A stretch of 44,698 nucleotides of DNA from a virus (IMGVR_UViG_3300037424_000686:1-44698); one strand, 5' to 3'; positions 33,086 to 41,767 are shown, counted from the stretch's first letter. Numbers and translations: made by a program. The notes: generated by a model not told the origin, from the letters alone.

Positions 33086-34138
33086 TTACAGTCCTAGTAC
33101 GTCGATCACCGCCGCCGCGTCCCTTGGGGACCGCGTCGCGTGGAACTTGCCGACCACCTCTTTGGCTCGTGCCCGTTTGACGTCGGCCCGGGACTTTGGC
33201 GTACCCGGTGTGAGCGTTTTCTTGCCTTTCGCTGTGTTCGACCGTAGGGCCTGCCGGCGGGCGAGGATGTGTCGGAAGCGCGCGGCGTCACGCAGAATCA
33301 GCAGCGCGCGGTGGTCGACGACCTGCATCAGCTCGTTCCGAGTAAACCCGTACGCCTCTTGCGCGACCTTGAACATCTGATCGCGGAGCATCGGCCCCTT
33401 CTCGGGGTCCGCCAGCTCGGGGATCGCGGCGCGCAGCTTGCGCTGCTCGTCCGCGACGAGCGCGGTGTACGCTTTCTCGGCATCCTGCTGCTTCTCGGCG
33501 TCGACCGAACGTATCCGGTCACGGACCTTGACGAGCGCGTCCTGTTGGGTACGCCACTCGTCCTTCCGCACCAGATAGTTGTCCGGGTCCTCGACCTTCA
33601 CCTTCTCCCAATCGGGTTCTTGTGGGCCGGCGAGCGCTCCCTCGAGGACCTTCAACCCATCGAGGTATTGCTCCCGGGCCTTGGCCAGCGTGTCCCGCTC
33701 CGCGGCGGCCTCGCCCTCGAGCTTTTTCCGATCGTCGGCGAGCTGCTGCGTCTTGCGGGTGTAGTCGGCGTGCCGGAGCCGGTCCTGCTTGAGCTCCGCG
33801 AGGGGCACCTGCTCCCCGTCGATCTCGATCACGTCCGGAGAGGGCGAATCGTCCTCGCTCTCGACGTCCGCGTCGGGCTCCACATCCGACGGTTCCCCAT
33901 CCTTGGACTTCGGCTTTTCGAGTCCCAAGAGATCGTCGAGCTCCTCCTCGAACGATGGCTCGGGTGGTTCGTCAGCCTCGCCCTTCGGCGGGGGGTCCTT
34001 CTTGGGCGGCGTCGATACCTTGGGGTCAGGCTCCGCTGGCGGGGCCGTCAGGGCGTCGAGCAGCCGGCTCGCTCCCGCTACGGTGGCTTGTCCCGGGATG
34101 TCGCTCCCGGGGGCCGTGTCGTCGGTGCGCTGTGCCAT
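33086..34138 (-). CDS. scaffolding protein
   Basis: 350 aa, highly acidic with coiled-coil character (PPPKGEADEPPEPSFEEELDDLLG..., KLEGEAAAERDTLAKAREQYLDGLK). It sits between the portal and capsid genes. Confidence 0.7.
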   Translation of the reverse strand: MAQRTDDTAPGSDIPGQATVAGASRLLDALTAPPAEPDPKVSTPPKKDPPPKGEADEPPEPSFEEELDDLLGLEKPKSKDGEPSDVEPDADVESEDDSPSPDVIEIDGEQVPLAELKQDRLRHADYTRKTQQLADDRKKLEGEAAAERDTLAKAREQYLDGLKVLEGALAGPQEPDWEKVKVEDPDNYLVRKDEWRTQQDALVKVRDRIRSVDAEKQQDAEKAYTALVADEQRKLRAAIPELADPEKGPMLRDQMFKVAQEAYGFTRNELMQVVDHRALLILRDAARFRHILARRQALRSNTAKGKKTLTPGTPKSRADVKRARAKEVVGKFHATRSPRDAAAVIDVLGL

Positions 34139-34145
34139 AGAGATA

Positions 34146-34451
34146 CTACTGTCCTTTCCGTTTGGGAGTCTCGGCGCGCTTGGAGGCCAGGTCCGCCTCG
34201 AGTGCTCCCGCTTCCATCAGGCTCCGGAGGTCGACGAGGACCGCTTGGAGGCCCTTCCAGCGCGCGTGCGCCTCCTCGCGCGCGCTCGTCGATTTCCCTC
34301 TCTTCCACGTCTCGGTGATCGACCCCTCGAGGCGCGTCACCGCGCCCTTGAAGATGGGGTCGTCCAGTATCCGCTTCGCACCGCGCCCCGCGTCCACCAG
34401 CTGTTGGGACTTCGCGGGATCAACGGTCAACCGCTCCACGTTTTCAGCCAC
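34146..34451 (-). CDS. hypothetical protein
   Basis: GTG start 3 nt after the portal stop. 101 aa. Confidence 0.5.
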   Translation of the reverse strand: MAENVERLTVDPAKSQQLVDAGRGAKRILDDPIFKGAVTRLEGSITETWKRGKSTSAREEAHARWKGLQAVLVDLRSLMEAGALEADLASKRAETPKRKGQ

Positions 34452-34454
34452 GGG

Positions 34455-36635
34455 TCACTCCCGTTCCGGCGTCGCGGGTTCGGCCTCGGCCGCGACCTCC
34501 GCGGCGTCTACCTTGGCGTTCGCGTCGAGCAGCGCGCGCTCGCGCTTCACCTCGGCGTCGAGCTGTGCGCGGTCGAGCGAATTCTTGTACTTCATCTCGA
34601 GCTCGTGCTTCTTGAGCACAACGTCCGCGGCCTGCTTGTCGCGCTCGCGATCGTCCGCGAGCATCATCTTCTCGCGCTCGAGCGCGAGCTTCGCCTTCTC
34701 GTTCTCGATCGTCGCCTGCACGCGCTGGGCCTCGATCTGGACCTTTGCCATCTCGGCCTGCGCGAGCGCCTGGGTCGCGGGGTCCTGCGGGGGAGGCTGC
34801 TGCGCGGCCTGCTGCGCGAGCTTCTTCTCCTCATCCTCCGAGAGCGGCTTGAAGAACTCGTCCGCGTTCGGATAGCCGAGCAGCTCGACCGCGCGCGCGA
34901 GCGCGTTCCGATACTGCGTCAACGACACGAGCGGGTTCTGGGGGCCGAGCTGCTGCAGCACCGCCTCCTGCTTCTCGATGATCGCGGCGAGCAGCCGTGC
35001 CTTCTCGTCCGCGAGGCCGGCGCCGAGCGCGATGTTGACGATCACGTCCGCGTCCGCCTCCCAGCCGCTCGGATCAATTTCGACGTACTGCCCGCGGAGC
35101 CGCACGGTGCGCGAGCGGTCCTGGTGCTCGACCACGGTCCGCAGCAGCCCCTTGTACATTTCCCGGACCCCGGTCTCCGCGAAGATGCGGGCCAGCAGCT
35201 CGGTCCGCTCCTGCGCTTTCGAGAGGGTCGCGGCGACCGCGGCCTTCGTCGAGCTCTGGAGCGCGTCCGCGTCGAGCCCGGCCGCGGCCTTCGACTGCCC
35301 GAGCCGGTTCTCCTTCATCTCGGCGAGGATTTCGTACGCGGGCAGAATGTCGCCGCCCACGAACCGGTGCGCGATCTCCCGGATCATGCCCGGCGCGCGG
35401 GTCCGGATCACGGCCCCGATCTCGGTGTTCATGAGGTCCTGGAGATTCACCATCCCGTCCACCGCTTCGGTGCGGGGGATCAGCGCGAGCGAGAGAGAGT
35501 CTAACATCCCGCGCGAAATCGCGCTGTTCATCTCCTGGAAGTCCATCGTGTCGTCCGCGTACGAGAGCCCCCCGATCGCGTGCGCCTCGGGGTCACAGAT
35601 CAGGTACGCGATGGGTCGGTGCGAGACGACCTTCTTCGCGAGCATCTTATGCTGGTCGCCGGCGGTGCAGACCTTGAACAGCTTCACCTTGCCGTCGCTC
35701 GGGTCCTCGAGGTACACGAACGCTTCATCGTACCGGACCGGCTCAGTCAGGTCGTCCTGGACCTCGTCCCCGATCTTGTTCGCGCCCTCATCGATCCGTC
35801 GCGCATCGTCCTCGCGCGCGCCCTGGTGGTAGCTCGAGGCACCGATGCACTCCTCGAAGTCCTCGTACTCGTAGCCCATCGCGAGCAGCTCGTCGACCCG
35901 CGCCTCCCGGGTGTGCACCACGATCCGGGCACTCTTCCCGAAGTTGCGCGCGTTCCGGTCCCAGAGGATTTCCTCGGACGGGACACACTCGATCCGGAGC
36001 CGCCCCTTCGTGGTGGTCCTGGTCACGGTCGCGTCGAACGTCTCGGGGACGTGCTTCGCGGGATCGGGCGGGACCGTGTCCGTGATCTCAAGCTCGACGT
36101 CGTCCTCGGCGAGGAGCTCCATGATGTTCTCCTCGGTGAGACCGGTGTACTCGGTGCTCTCGGTCTCCTCGGACTCGTCCCACCACCACTTCACGAAGCC
36201 GATCTTCTGCACGAGCGCGTCCTTGAACCACCCGTGGAAGATACGGAACCCTGAGTTGTCCTCGATGATGCAGTAGTTGATGTAGTCGGTTTTTTGGCGG
36301 GCGATGGCCTCGTCCTCTTTGCCGCGCGGGCCGAACTCGACGTACCGCTCGGGCCCGGTGAAGATGCGGAGCAGGGACGGCATCACCGAGCGTACCGCGT
36401 CCCGGACGTCGGTCGTCACGATCTGCGAGCGGCCCTCCTCCTCGTTCCCGAAGGGGCGGGCGTAGTAGTAATCGATCGCCTTCTCGCGCTCGGGCGCGAC
36501 CTCGCTCTCGATGTAGCTCTGTGCGTCGTCGATCATGGTGCGAACGAGCGCCTCGACCTGTTCATCGGAGCGCTTCTCGCTCCGGCGGGCGGCGCGGTTC
36601 GGCTTCTCGGCGGGGGTAGCGGTATCGTACGCCAT
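34455..36635 (-). CDS. portal protein (P22-like)
   Basis: 726 aa. KAIDYYYARPFGNEEEGRSQIVTTDVRDAVRSVMPSLLRIF and a long helical Ala/Glu/Gln-rich C-terminal barrel-like tail. Confidence 0.85.
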   Translation of the reverse strand: MAYDTATPAEKPNRAARRSEKRSDEQVEALVRTMIDDAQSYIESEVAPEREKAIDYYYARPFGNEEEGRSQIVTTDVRDAVRSVMPSLLRIFTGPERYVEFGPRGKEDEAIARQKTDYINYCIIEDNSGFRIFHGWFKDALVQKIGFVKWWWDESEETESTEYTGLTEENIMELLAEDDVELEITDTVPPDPAKHVPETFDATVTRTTTKGRLRIECVPSEEILWDRNARNFGKSARIVVHTREARVDELLAMGYEYEDFEECIGASSYHQGAREDDARRIDEGANKIGDEVQDDLTEPVRYDEAFVYLEDPSDGKVKLFKVCTAGDQHKMLAKKVVSHRPIAYLICDPEAHAIGGLSYADDTMDFQEMNSAISRGMLDSLSLALIPRTEAVDGMVNLQDLMNTEIGAVIRTRAPGMIREIAHRFVGGDILPAYEILAEMKENRLGQSKAAAGLDADALQSSTKAAVAATLSKAQERTELLARIFAETGVREMYKGLLRTVVEHQDRSRTVRLRGQYVEIDPSGWEADADVIVNIALGAGLADEKARLLAAIIEKQEAVLQQLGPQNPLVSLTQYRNALARAVELLGYPNADEFFKPLSEDEEKKLAQQAAQQPPPQDPATQALAQAEMAKVQIEAQRVQATIENEKAKLALEREKMMLADDRERDKQAADVVLKKHELEMKYKNSLDRAQLDAEVKRERALLDANAKVDAAEVAAEAEPATPERE

Positions 36636-36716
36636 TAGCGCATGGGCACCTCGATGCGACGGGTTTTCCTTAATGACACAGAAAGTTACCTACGCGGGTA
36701 CCGTTTACGCAAGGGG

Positions 36717-37112
36717 TCACGTGGGCGGCTCCTCACCATACCGGGTGCGCCACAGGGCGCTCGCGAACTTCTTCGTGACGATCTCGTTCGCGTCCCCGAC
36801 CCGGTCACTCGCCTGGCGCTGCTCGGCGAGCCGCGAGAGCTGCGCGATGTGGAGGTGGCACAGCTCGTGCAGCACGTCGTACTCGATCCCGCGCGTGCTG
36901 CGGTTGCCCGCGAGAATGAGCTCCCGGTTCACGTACAGCGTCGCGGCCTCGTACTGCGGCTGCACCGAGACCCCCATGAGGCTCCCATCCGCAGAATCGG
37001 GGCCCTCCCGCCACACGACCTCGATCTCCCACCGGTCGGTATCGGTGAGGGGTCGCCAGCGCACCAGCGCGCGACGCACGTGCCGCTGGACGTCGGATAC
37101 GGTCACGATCAT
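36717..37112 (-). CDS. small HExxH metallopeptidase-like protein
   Basis: Internal ATG 37112 overlaps the upstream stop (ATGA). Motif YDVLHELCHLHI. About 131 aa. Confidence 0.55.
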   Translation of the reverse strand: MIVTVSDVQRHVRRALVRWRPLTDTDRWEIEVVWREGPDSADGSLMGVSVQPQYEAATLYVNRELILAGNRSTRGIEYDVLHELCHLHIAQLSRLAEQRQASDRVGDANEIVTKKFASALWRTRYGEEPPT

Positions 37113-37447
37113 AGCCAGAGCACCGGCAGCGCGGACACCATCCCGATAAACTCGCGCCACCCGATTTCGCGCCACACCTGTAGCGTCTGCGTGATAGGGT
37201 CTCCGTACTTATCGTTCTCCCACTGCAGTGCCTGCCACGCCCCATGTACACCTGCGATTAGCCACCAGAGCACGAAACCCCGAAACCCAGCCACGTACAG
37301 ATAGGTGCCGGCAATCAGCGAACCGGCCGCGTGCGCGGGCAGCGGCGCCTCGGAGAGGATCGTCCAGAGCGACCAGGGCGTTGGGTACGGTCCCCCGGAT
37401 GGCTCCAACCACCAGGACCAGGGCTGGAACAGCTCGCGCAGCGTCAT
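37109..37447 (-). CDS. Trp-rich integral membrane protein
   Basis: 112 aa with hydrophobic helices (SLIAGTYLYVAGFRGFVLWWLIAGV, FIGMVSALPVLWL). ATGA overlaps at both ends. Confidence 0.55.
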   Translation of the reverse strand: MTLRELFQPWSWWLEPSGGPYPTPWSLWTILSEAPLPAHAAGSLIAGTYLYVAGFRGFVLWWLIAGVHGAWQALQWENDKYGDPITQTLQVWREIGWREFIGMVSALPVLWL

Positions 37448-37635
37448 CGGTCCTCGCTGCGTTTGAAGGACACGTACATCCAGACCTTAAACGGTCCGAT
37501 GTGCACGCGAATCGAGGGGGCCATCAGACACGGCCAATACCGCAGGCTGCATCCGAAGGCAATCTGATAGGGATACCAGGTCAACCCCCCACCCGCCCAT
37601 CGCGTATGCCAGTCCCAATCCCGTGCTCGGCTCAT
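37444..37635 (-). CDS. small Trp-rich protein (63 aa)
   Basis: ATG 37635 lies 1 nt after the TerL stop. Sequence MSRARDWDWHTRWAGGGLTWYPYQIAF... Confidence 0.45.
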   Translation of the reverse strand: MSRARDWDWHTRWAGGGLTWYPYQIAFGCSLRYWPCLMAPSIRVHIGPFKVWMYVSFKRSEDR

Positions 37636-37636
37636 G

Positions 37637-39145
37637 TTACACAACCCCTTTCACCCCGCGCTTGAGTGGTGTGCTCCACGCGACGTGCGCGAAGCCCATC
37701 GCGATCGTGGCGCCACCCGCGAACGTCAGCAGGAACGCGTCGAGCCGATCCGGCGATCGGCGCGGGTGGATGTACTTCATCATGTCCGCCTTCGGGAGCG
37801 CGAGCACGAGCCCGCTCGAGAGGAGCGCTTTGTACTTCTGCGCCGCGGCCTCCTGCTCGAACTTCGGATCGTGCGGGATCGCGCAGTCCCGCGCGTAGAA
37901 CCAGTCGCGGGCCGCGAAGCAGAGCTCGGTGCGAACGTTCTTGTACCGCTCGCTGTTCAGCGCGGGCGTCTCGGACACGTTGATCGCGATCGCGGGGAGC
38001 CCAAGCTCGATCAGCCGATCGGCGGTCCCCTTCCCGATCCCGATCGCGTCCACGTAGATCGCGACCGGACGATCGAGCGGCGGGCACAGGTCCCACTCGG
38101 CCTTGATGACCCCCACGAGCAGCATCGAGTCCCGGAGCCCGGCCCAGGTCTTGATCGGCTCGGTGAGCACGTTCGCTTTCCGCTTCGCGAGCGTCGCGAG
38201 GTCGTGCGAGAGCCCCGGGTCGACGCCCCACACGACGGGCGCGGTCGGGGACGGTTGCACGTTCCGCCCGCGCGCGGCCTCGATCAGCTCGAGCGGGATG
38301 ATGACATCCGCCTCGCTCCGGGGCGGGCGGCCCAGGACGCGGACCCGGTACACGTTGCTGTCCTCGCCGTACTCCTCCGCGATCATGATCCCGAGCTTCG
38401 GGTCGACCCGCTCCGAGATGTAGGTCCCCTGCCCATCGGGCTCGATCGTCCCGCAATGCTCGCCGGCGTGCGCGGTCACGTGCACTCGATACCAGCTGCT
38501 CGCGCCCTCGCCGTGATTCGCGTTGTAGAAGAAGCCGCTCGTGCGGTACGGGTTCCCGGCGAGGATCGTGCACGCGTTGTGCTGCGACATCGAACCGAGC
38601 CCGGCCTCGAAGATGGTGCCCGGCACGCCGTCCGCCTCGTCCGCGATCAGGAGCACGAAGCCCGGGTCGCAGTGAATGCCCTGCAGCGCCTCCGGGGTCT
38701 CGGGGCGCGCGGTCCGGAACGTTGCGAAGCTCTCGATCGGGGACGCGAGCAGCTCGATCCGGTCGCTCTTGACGTTGTACAGCACACGGATCGCGGGCGG
38801 CAGGCGCTGCATCCACTTCTTGACCTCGGCGAGGAGCGCGTCCTCCATCTGCCCCGAGGTCGGGGCGGTCGCGGCCACCTTCTGCGGGTAGCGGGTCGTG
38901 AGCTGGATCACCACGAGCCACGCGATCCCGCACGTTTTCCCGGGCCCGTGACAGCTCTCGATGGCGATCTGCCGTACCCCACGCCCGTATGCGCGCAGCA
39001 TCGCGAGCTGGAATGGGTCCGGGGTCGCCCCGAGCACCTCGCGCACGAACCGCTCCGGTCCGTACTCGCCGGCCTGAGGGCCGTACGCCTCGAGCCAAGC
39101 CTCGAACACGGCCCGAGGGCCCGCGATCGGTATGGCGCTCACCAC
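37637..39145 (-). CDS. terL: terminase large subunit
   Basis: Walker A is ESCHGPGKT and Walker B is FVLLIADEADGV, with a C-terminal nuclease-type domain. 502 aa. GTG start overlaps the upstream stop. Confidence 0.9.
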   Translation of the reverse strand: MVSAIPIAGPRAVFEAWLEAYGPQAGEYGPERFVREVLGATPDPFQLAMLRAYGRGVRQIAIESCHGPGKTCGIAWLVVIQLTTRYPQKVAATAPTSGQMEDALLAEVKKWMQRLPPAIRVLYNVKSDRIELLASPIESFATFRTARPETPEALQGIHCDPGFVLLIADEADGVPGTIFEAGLGSMSQHNACTILAGNPYRTSGFFYNANHGEGASSWYRVHVTAHAGEHCGTIEPDGQGTYISERVDPKLGIMIAEEYGEDSNVYRVRVLGRPPRSEADVIIPLELIEAARGRNVQPSPTAPVVWGVDPGLSHDLATLAKRKANVLTEPIKTWAGLRDSMLLVGVIKAEWDLCPPLDRPVAIYVDAIGIGKGTADRLIELGLPAIAINVSETPALNSERYKNVRTELCFAARDWFYARDCAIPHDPKFEQEAAAQKYKALLSSGLVLALPKADMMKYIHPRRSPDRLDAFLLTFAGGATIAMGFAHVAWSTPLKRGVKGVV

Positions 39146-40212
39146 GACCTCCGCTGTACGTACACGACCCGGCGCGCGCGGCCGAGACCGACGTATAATG
39201 CCGGCACCTCGAGCTCGAAGGCGCTGATCCGGACCCGGCGCGGTTCGGGCACGTCCGGGGTCTCGATCTCGATCGCGCTCACGCGCACCCGCCGCGGCGA
39301 GCCTGGGACCTCCATCTCGACCGCGCTGATCCGGACCCGACGCGGCGCGTTCGGCACCTCGATCTCGACCGCGGACACCCTCGCCCGGCGCGGGGCGTTC
39401 GGGACCTCGAACTCGAACGCACTGATCCGGACACGCTTGTCTGCCACGGCGTCCGGGACCTCGAACTCGACTGCGCTCACGCGCACGCGGCGCGGGGAAG
39501 TTGGGACCTCGATCTCCACCGCGCTCACGCGCACGCGGCGCGGGGCGTTCGGCACCTCAAGCTCGAACGCGCTGATCCGGCCCTGGCGATCGGTCGGGGT
39601 CGAGCTGATCTCGAACCATGGGTTCAGCGTGGTGCCGGTCTGGGTATCGTTCTCGGCCAGATCACCGCCCGCGCCGTCGGACCCCCAGCGCATCGACGCA
39701 TTGTGGCCCTGCGTGCCGCCGCCGCCGCCGGGCGTTCCCTGGCAGCTGAACTCCACCACCAGTCGATCTCCTGAGACCGTGGTGTACGCGCTCGCGACCG
39801 TGGTGCTGAGGAACACGCTCCGAAGCGCGGTGTTGAACTCCGCGGCGATGACCTTCGCCCTAAGCGTCTGCCGGAGCGTCGCGCCGTCGTTGCTGTAGAC
39901 ACCAACCCAAATTTGCAGTGTCTGGTTGTTGGCCGCGCTCGGCTCCAGGCCCTGCACGCAGCACTTGATGACATTGCCCACGTCGAACACCGTGCCCGTC
40001 GTGAGCGCGTCGGAGACGAACTGCACGTGGAACGAGTCGCCCGCGGCGGCGTGATCGGCGGCGTCGGGCGTGACCGCCTGGGTCGCGAGCGCAGTTGCGT
40101 CCGAGGTTGGGAGCGGCCGGCGTGTGGACGCCAGGGTGTGCGTGTACGACTGCAGCGCAGGGCTAACAGCTGCGCTACCGCTCGCCGGCAACCGGAACCA
40201 CAGGTCCGCCAT
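39139..40212 (-). CDS. beta-rich protein with eight C-terminal 16-18-aa tandem repeats
   Basis: 357-aa ORF whose ATG directly follows the upstream TAA. Residues ~210-338 are repeats of RVRVSAVEIEVPxxPR. Confidence 0.7.
   Translation of the reverse strand: MADLWFRLPASGSAAVSPALQSYTHTLASTRRPLPTSDATALATQAVTPDAADHAAAGDSFHVQFVSDALTTGTVFDVGNVIKCCVQGLEPSAANNQTLQIWVGVYSNDGATLRQTLRAKVIAAEFNTALRSVFLSTTVASAYTTVSGDRLVVEFSCQGTPGGGGGTQGHNASMRWGSDGAGGDLAENDTQTGTTLNPWFEISSTPTDRQGRISAFELEVPNAPRRVRVSAVEIEVPTSPRRVRVSAVEFEVPDAVADKRVRISAFEFEVPNAPRRARVSAVEIEVPNAPRRVRISAVEMEVPGSPRRVRVSAIEIETPDVPEPRRVRISAFELEVPALYVGLGRARRVVYVQRRSW
39199..39585 (-). repeat. coding tandem repeat, 8 units of 48-54 bp
   Basis: The peptide units are: GRISAFELEVPNAPR; RVRVSAVEIEVPTSPR; RVRVSAVEFEVPDAVADK; RVRISAFEFEVPNAPR; RARVSAVEIEVPNAPR; RVRISAVEMEVPGSPR; RVRVSAIEIETPDVPEPR; RVRISAFELEVP. 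The DNA units are diverged rather than identical. Confidence 0.9.
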
Positions 40213-40671
40213 TTAGGGCTGGTTCGCGACGAACCTCACCTGCAGGTCGGCGTAGTCCGTGATCGCGTCCGCCTCCGCGCCCGACAACGTATCGGTCGTG
40301 GTCGTGAACGCGTCCGGAATGGTCGTGTCCGAGAAGCTGTTAATCAGCGACCCGGGCGTCCCCTCATTGATGTACCCCTGTCGGAGCTGGACCGTGAGGT
40401 CGATCGTGGCCCCGCCCGCGCTGTTCTTGCCGCGCCGCCAGCGCATCACGTGCCCGCTCGAGGAGACCGGGTCCTCGACGTTCGACAGTCCGAACGCGCA
40501 CGCCTCGTTCACCGGGGCGAGCGGGGACTCGGCGTAGTCGGTGTCGTCCCCGGCGCCGATCGATCCGGGCATGTCGGGCGCGATCGAACTGAAGATGTTG
40601 ACGCCCGAGCCGGCCTGGTTCAGCCAGCTGCCGTCGACGATGTCGGCGTCAGGAACTGCGTACTGTGCCAT
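40213..40671 (-). CDS. hypothetical beta-rich protein
   Basis: 152-aa ORF with GC-rich third positions. The ending TLSGAEADAITDYADLQVRFVA recalls a recurrent small phage protein family that I cannot name. Confidence 0.6.
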   Translation of the reverse strand: MAQYAVPDADIVDGSWLNQAGSGVNIFSSIAPDMPGSIGAGDDTDYAESPLAPVNEACAFGLSNVEDPVSSSGHVMRWRRGKNSAGGATIDLTVQLRQGYINEGTPGSLINSFSDTTIPDAFTTTTDTLSGAEADAITDYADLQVRFVANQP

Positions 40672-40948
40672 CGCGGTACCGCTCCCCTCTCACCCTGGAC
40701 CTGCCCAGGACCTGCTTTTCCACGAACCAGCGACCGAACGGTGTCCCGGTCCCATCGAGGCCCCCGTACCAGCGCACGATCTGCACCCCGTGATGCCACG
40801 CGATCCGGAGCCGGCGGCCCCCGAGCCAGGGAATTGCGGCCCCGAGGTTGGGGGTGATCCGTACGTACCACTCGAGCCCGGTCGTGTGCATCCCGGGCCC
40901 GAATCCTCGGACCCCGCTGCGCCGCCAGGCGCGCCACCGCTTCAGCAT
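40649..40948 (-). CDS. small Trp/Arg-rich protein
   Basis: GGAGG lies 8 nt upstream of ATG 40948. Third positions are GC-rich over most of the ORF. It overlaps the downstream gene by 23 nt. Confidence 0.45.
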   Translation of the reverse strand: MLKRWRAWRRSGVRGFGPGMHTTGLEWYVRITPNLGAAIPWLGGRRLRIAWHHGVQIVRWYGGLDGTGTPFGRWFVEKQVLGRSRVRGERYRDGTVRSS

Positions 40949-41110
40949 TTTCCGTTACCTCCCCGGGGCCGTGGGGCCCCTAAAACCGGGACTCCGGTTC
41001 AGGCACACCAACGTCAGCCACAGCCGAGGCCGGCCGCCGGGGGCCCCTTCGGGGGGCCTTCGGGTTCCGGGGTCGGGGCGGCCGGGGCTGGCAGCTTAAC
41101 ATAATGTCCA

Positions 41111-41767
41111 TTATACGCACCGCACGACGCTAAGTCGTTGCGACGCAACGAGTTGCACGCACTGTGCGCCCGTTACAATCGGGGTCTGCGTGGTCGGCAG
41201 CTCGGAAGCCGAGGCAGGAGCATGCCAAAGTGGCAGATCAGCCTGCCATTCTGGCTTGCGCGCACGGGTTCGATCACTCGGTCGCACGCTCTCACGCTCC
41301 ACATCGGCCGGATGCCAGGGCAATTGACGCATCTGCCGGTCGGCACCTACCAGCATGAACGCACAGCTCACACCTGATCCCACCGACACGAACAGCACCG
41401 GCGGGAAGGTCGGGTTCAGCATCTTCTCCTCATCGAGGCGTGAGGCATAACAGTGCTCCTGCTTGGTGTGCTGTGCATCGAGATAGATGTGGTTGTGCCA
41501 GATCGCGCGCGTCGCACCAGGACAGAGCCCCCAATTCACCGCGACCGCGTCCGCGCTCGCGTCGCTCTCGATCCACGGCGCTTCGGCGATGCCGTCGAAG
41601 CGCAGCGTATCCCCGTACCAGGTCGCGAGCACGCAGCGCGCGTGCTCCACCGTCGCGGTGTCCGCGATCTGCTCGAGGTACGCGCGCACGCGCACATCAA
41701 ACTCGAGCTGGGACTGCGCCGACGCGGCGCTCGCCCACATCAACAGCGCGATCCACGCGTACCTCAT
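41111..41767 (-). CDS. secreted protein, unknown function (atypical codon usage)
   Basis: The ATG overlaps the TerS stop (ATGA). It has a signal-peptide-like N-terminus MRYAWIALLMWASAASAQ. Third-position GC is lower than in its neighbours. Contains WHNH...ASRLD. Confidence 0.65.
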   Translation of the reverse strand: MRYAWIALLMWASAASAQSQLEFDVRVRAYLEQIADTATVEHARCVLATWYGDTLRFDGIAEAPWIESDASADAVAVNWGLCPGATRAIWHNHIYLDAQHTKQEHCYASRLDEEKMLNPTFPPVLFVSVGSGVSCAFMLVGADRQMRQLPWHPADVERESVRPSDRTRARKPEWQADLPLWHAPASASELPTTQTPIVTGAQCVQLVASQRLSVVRCV

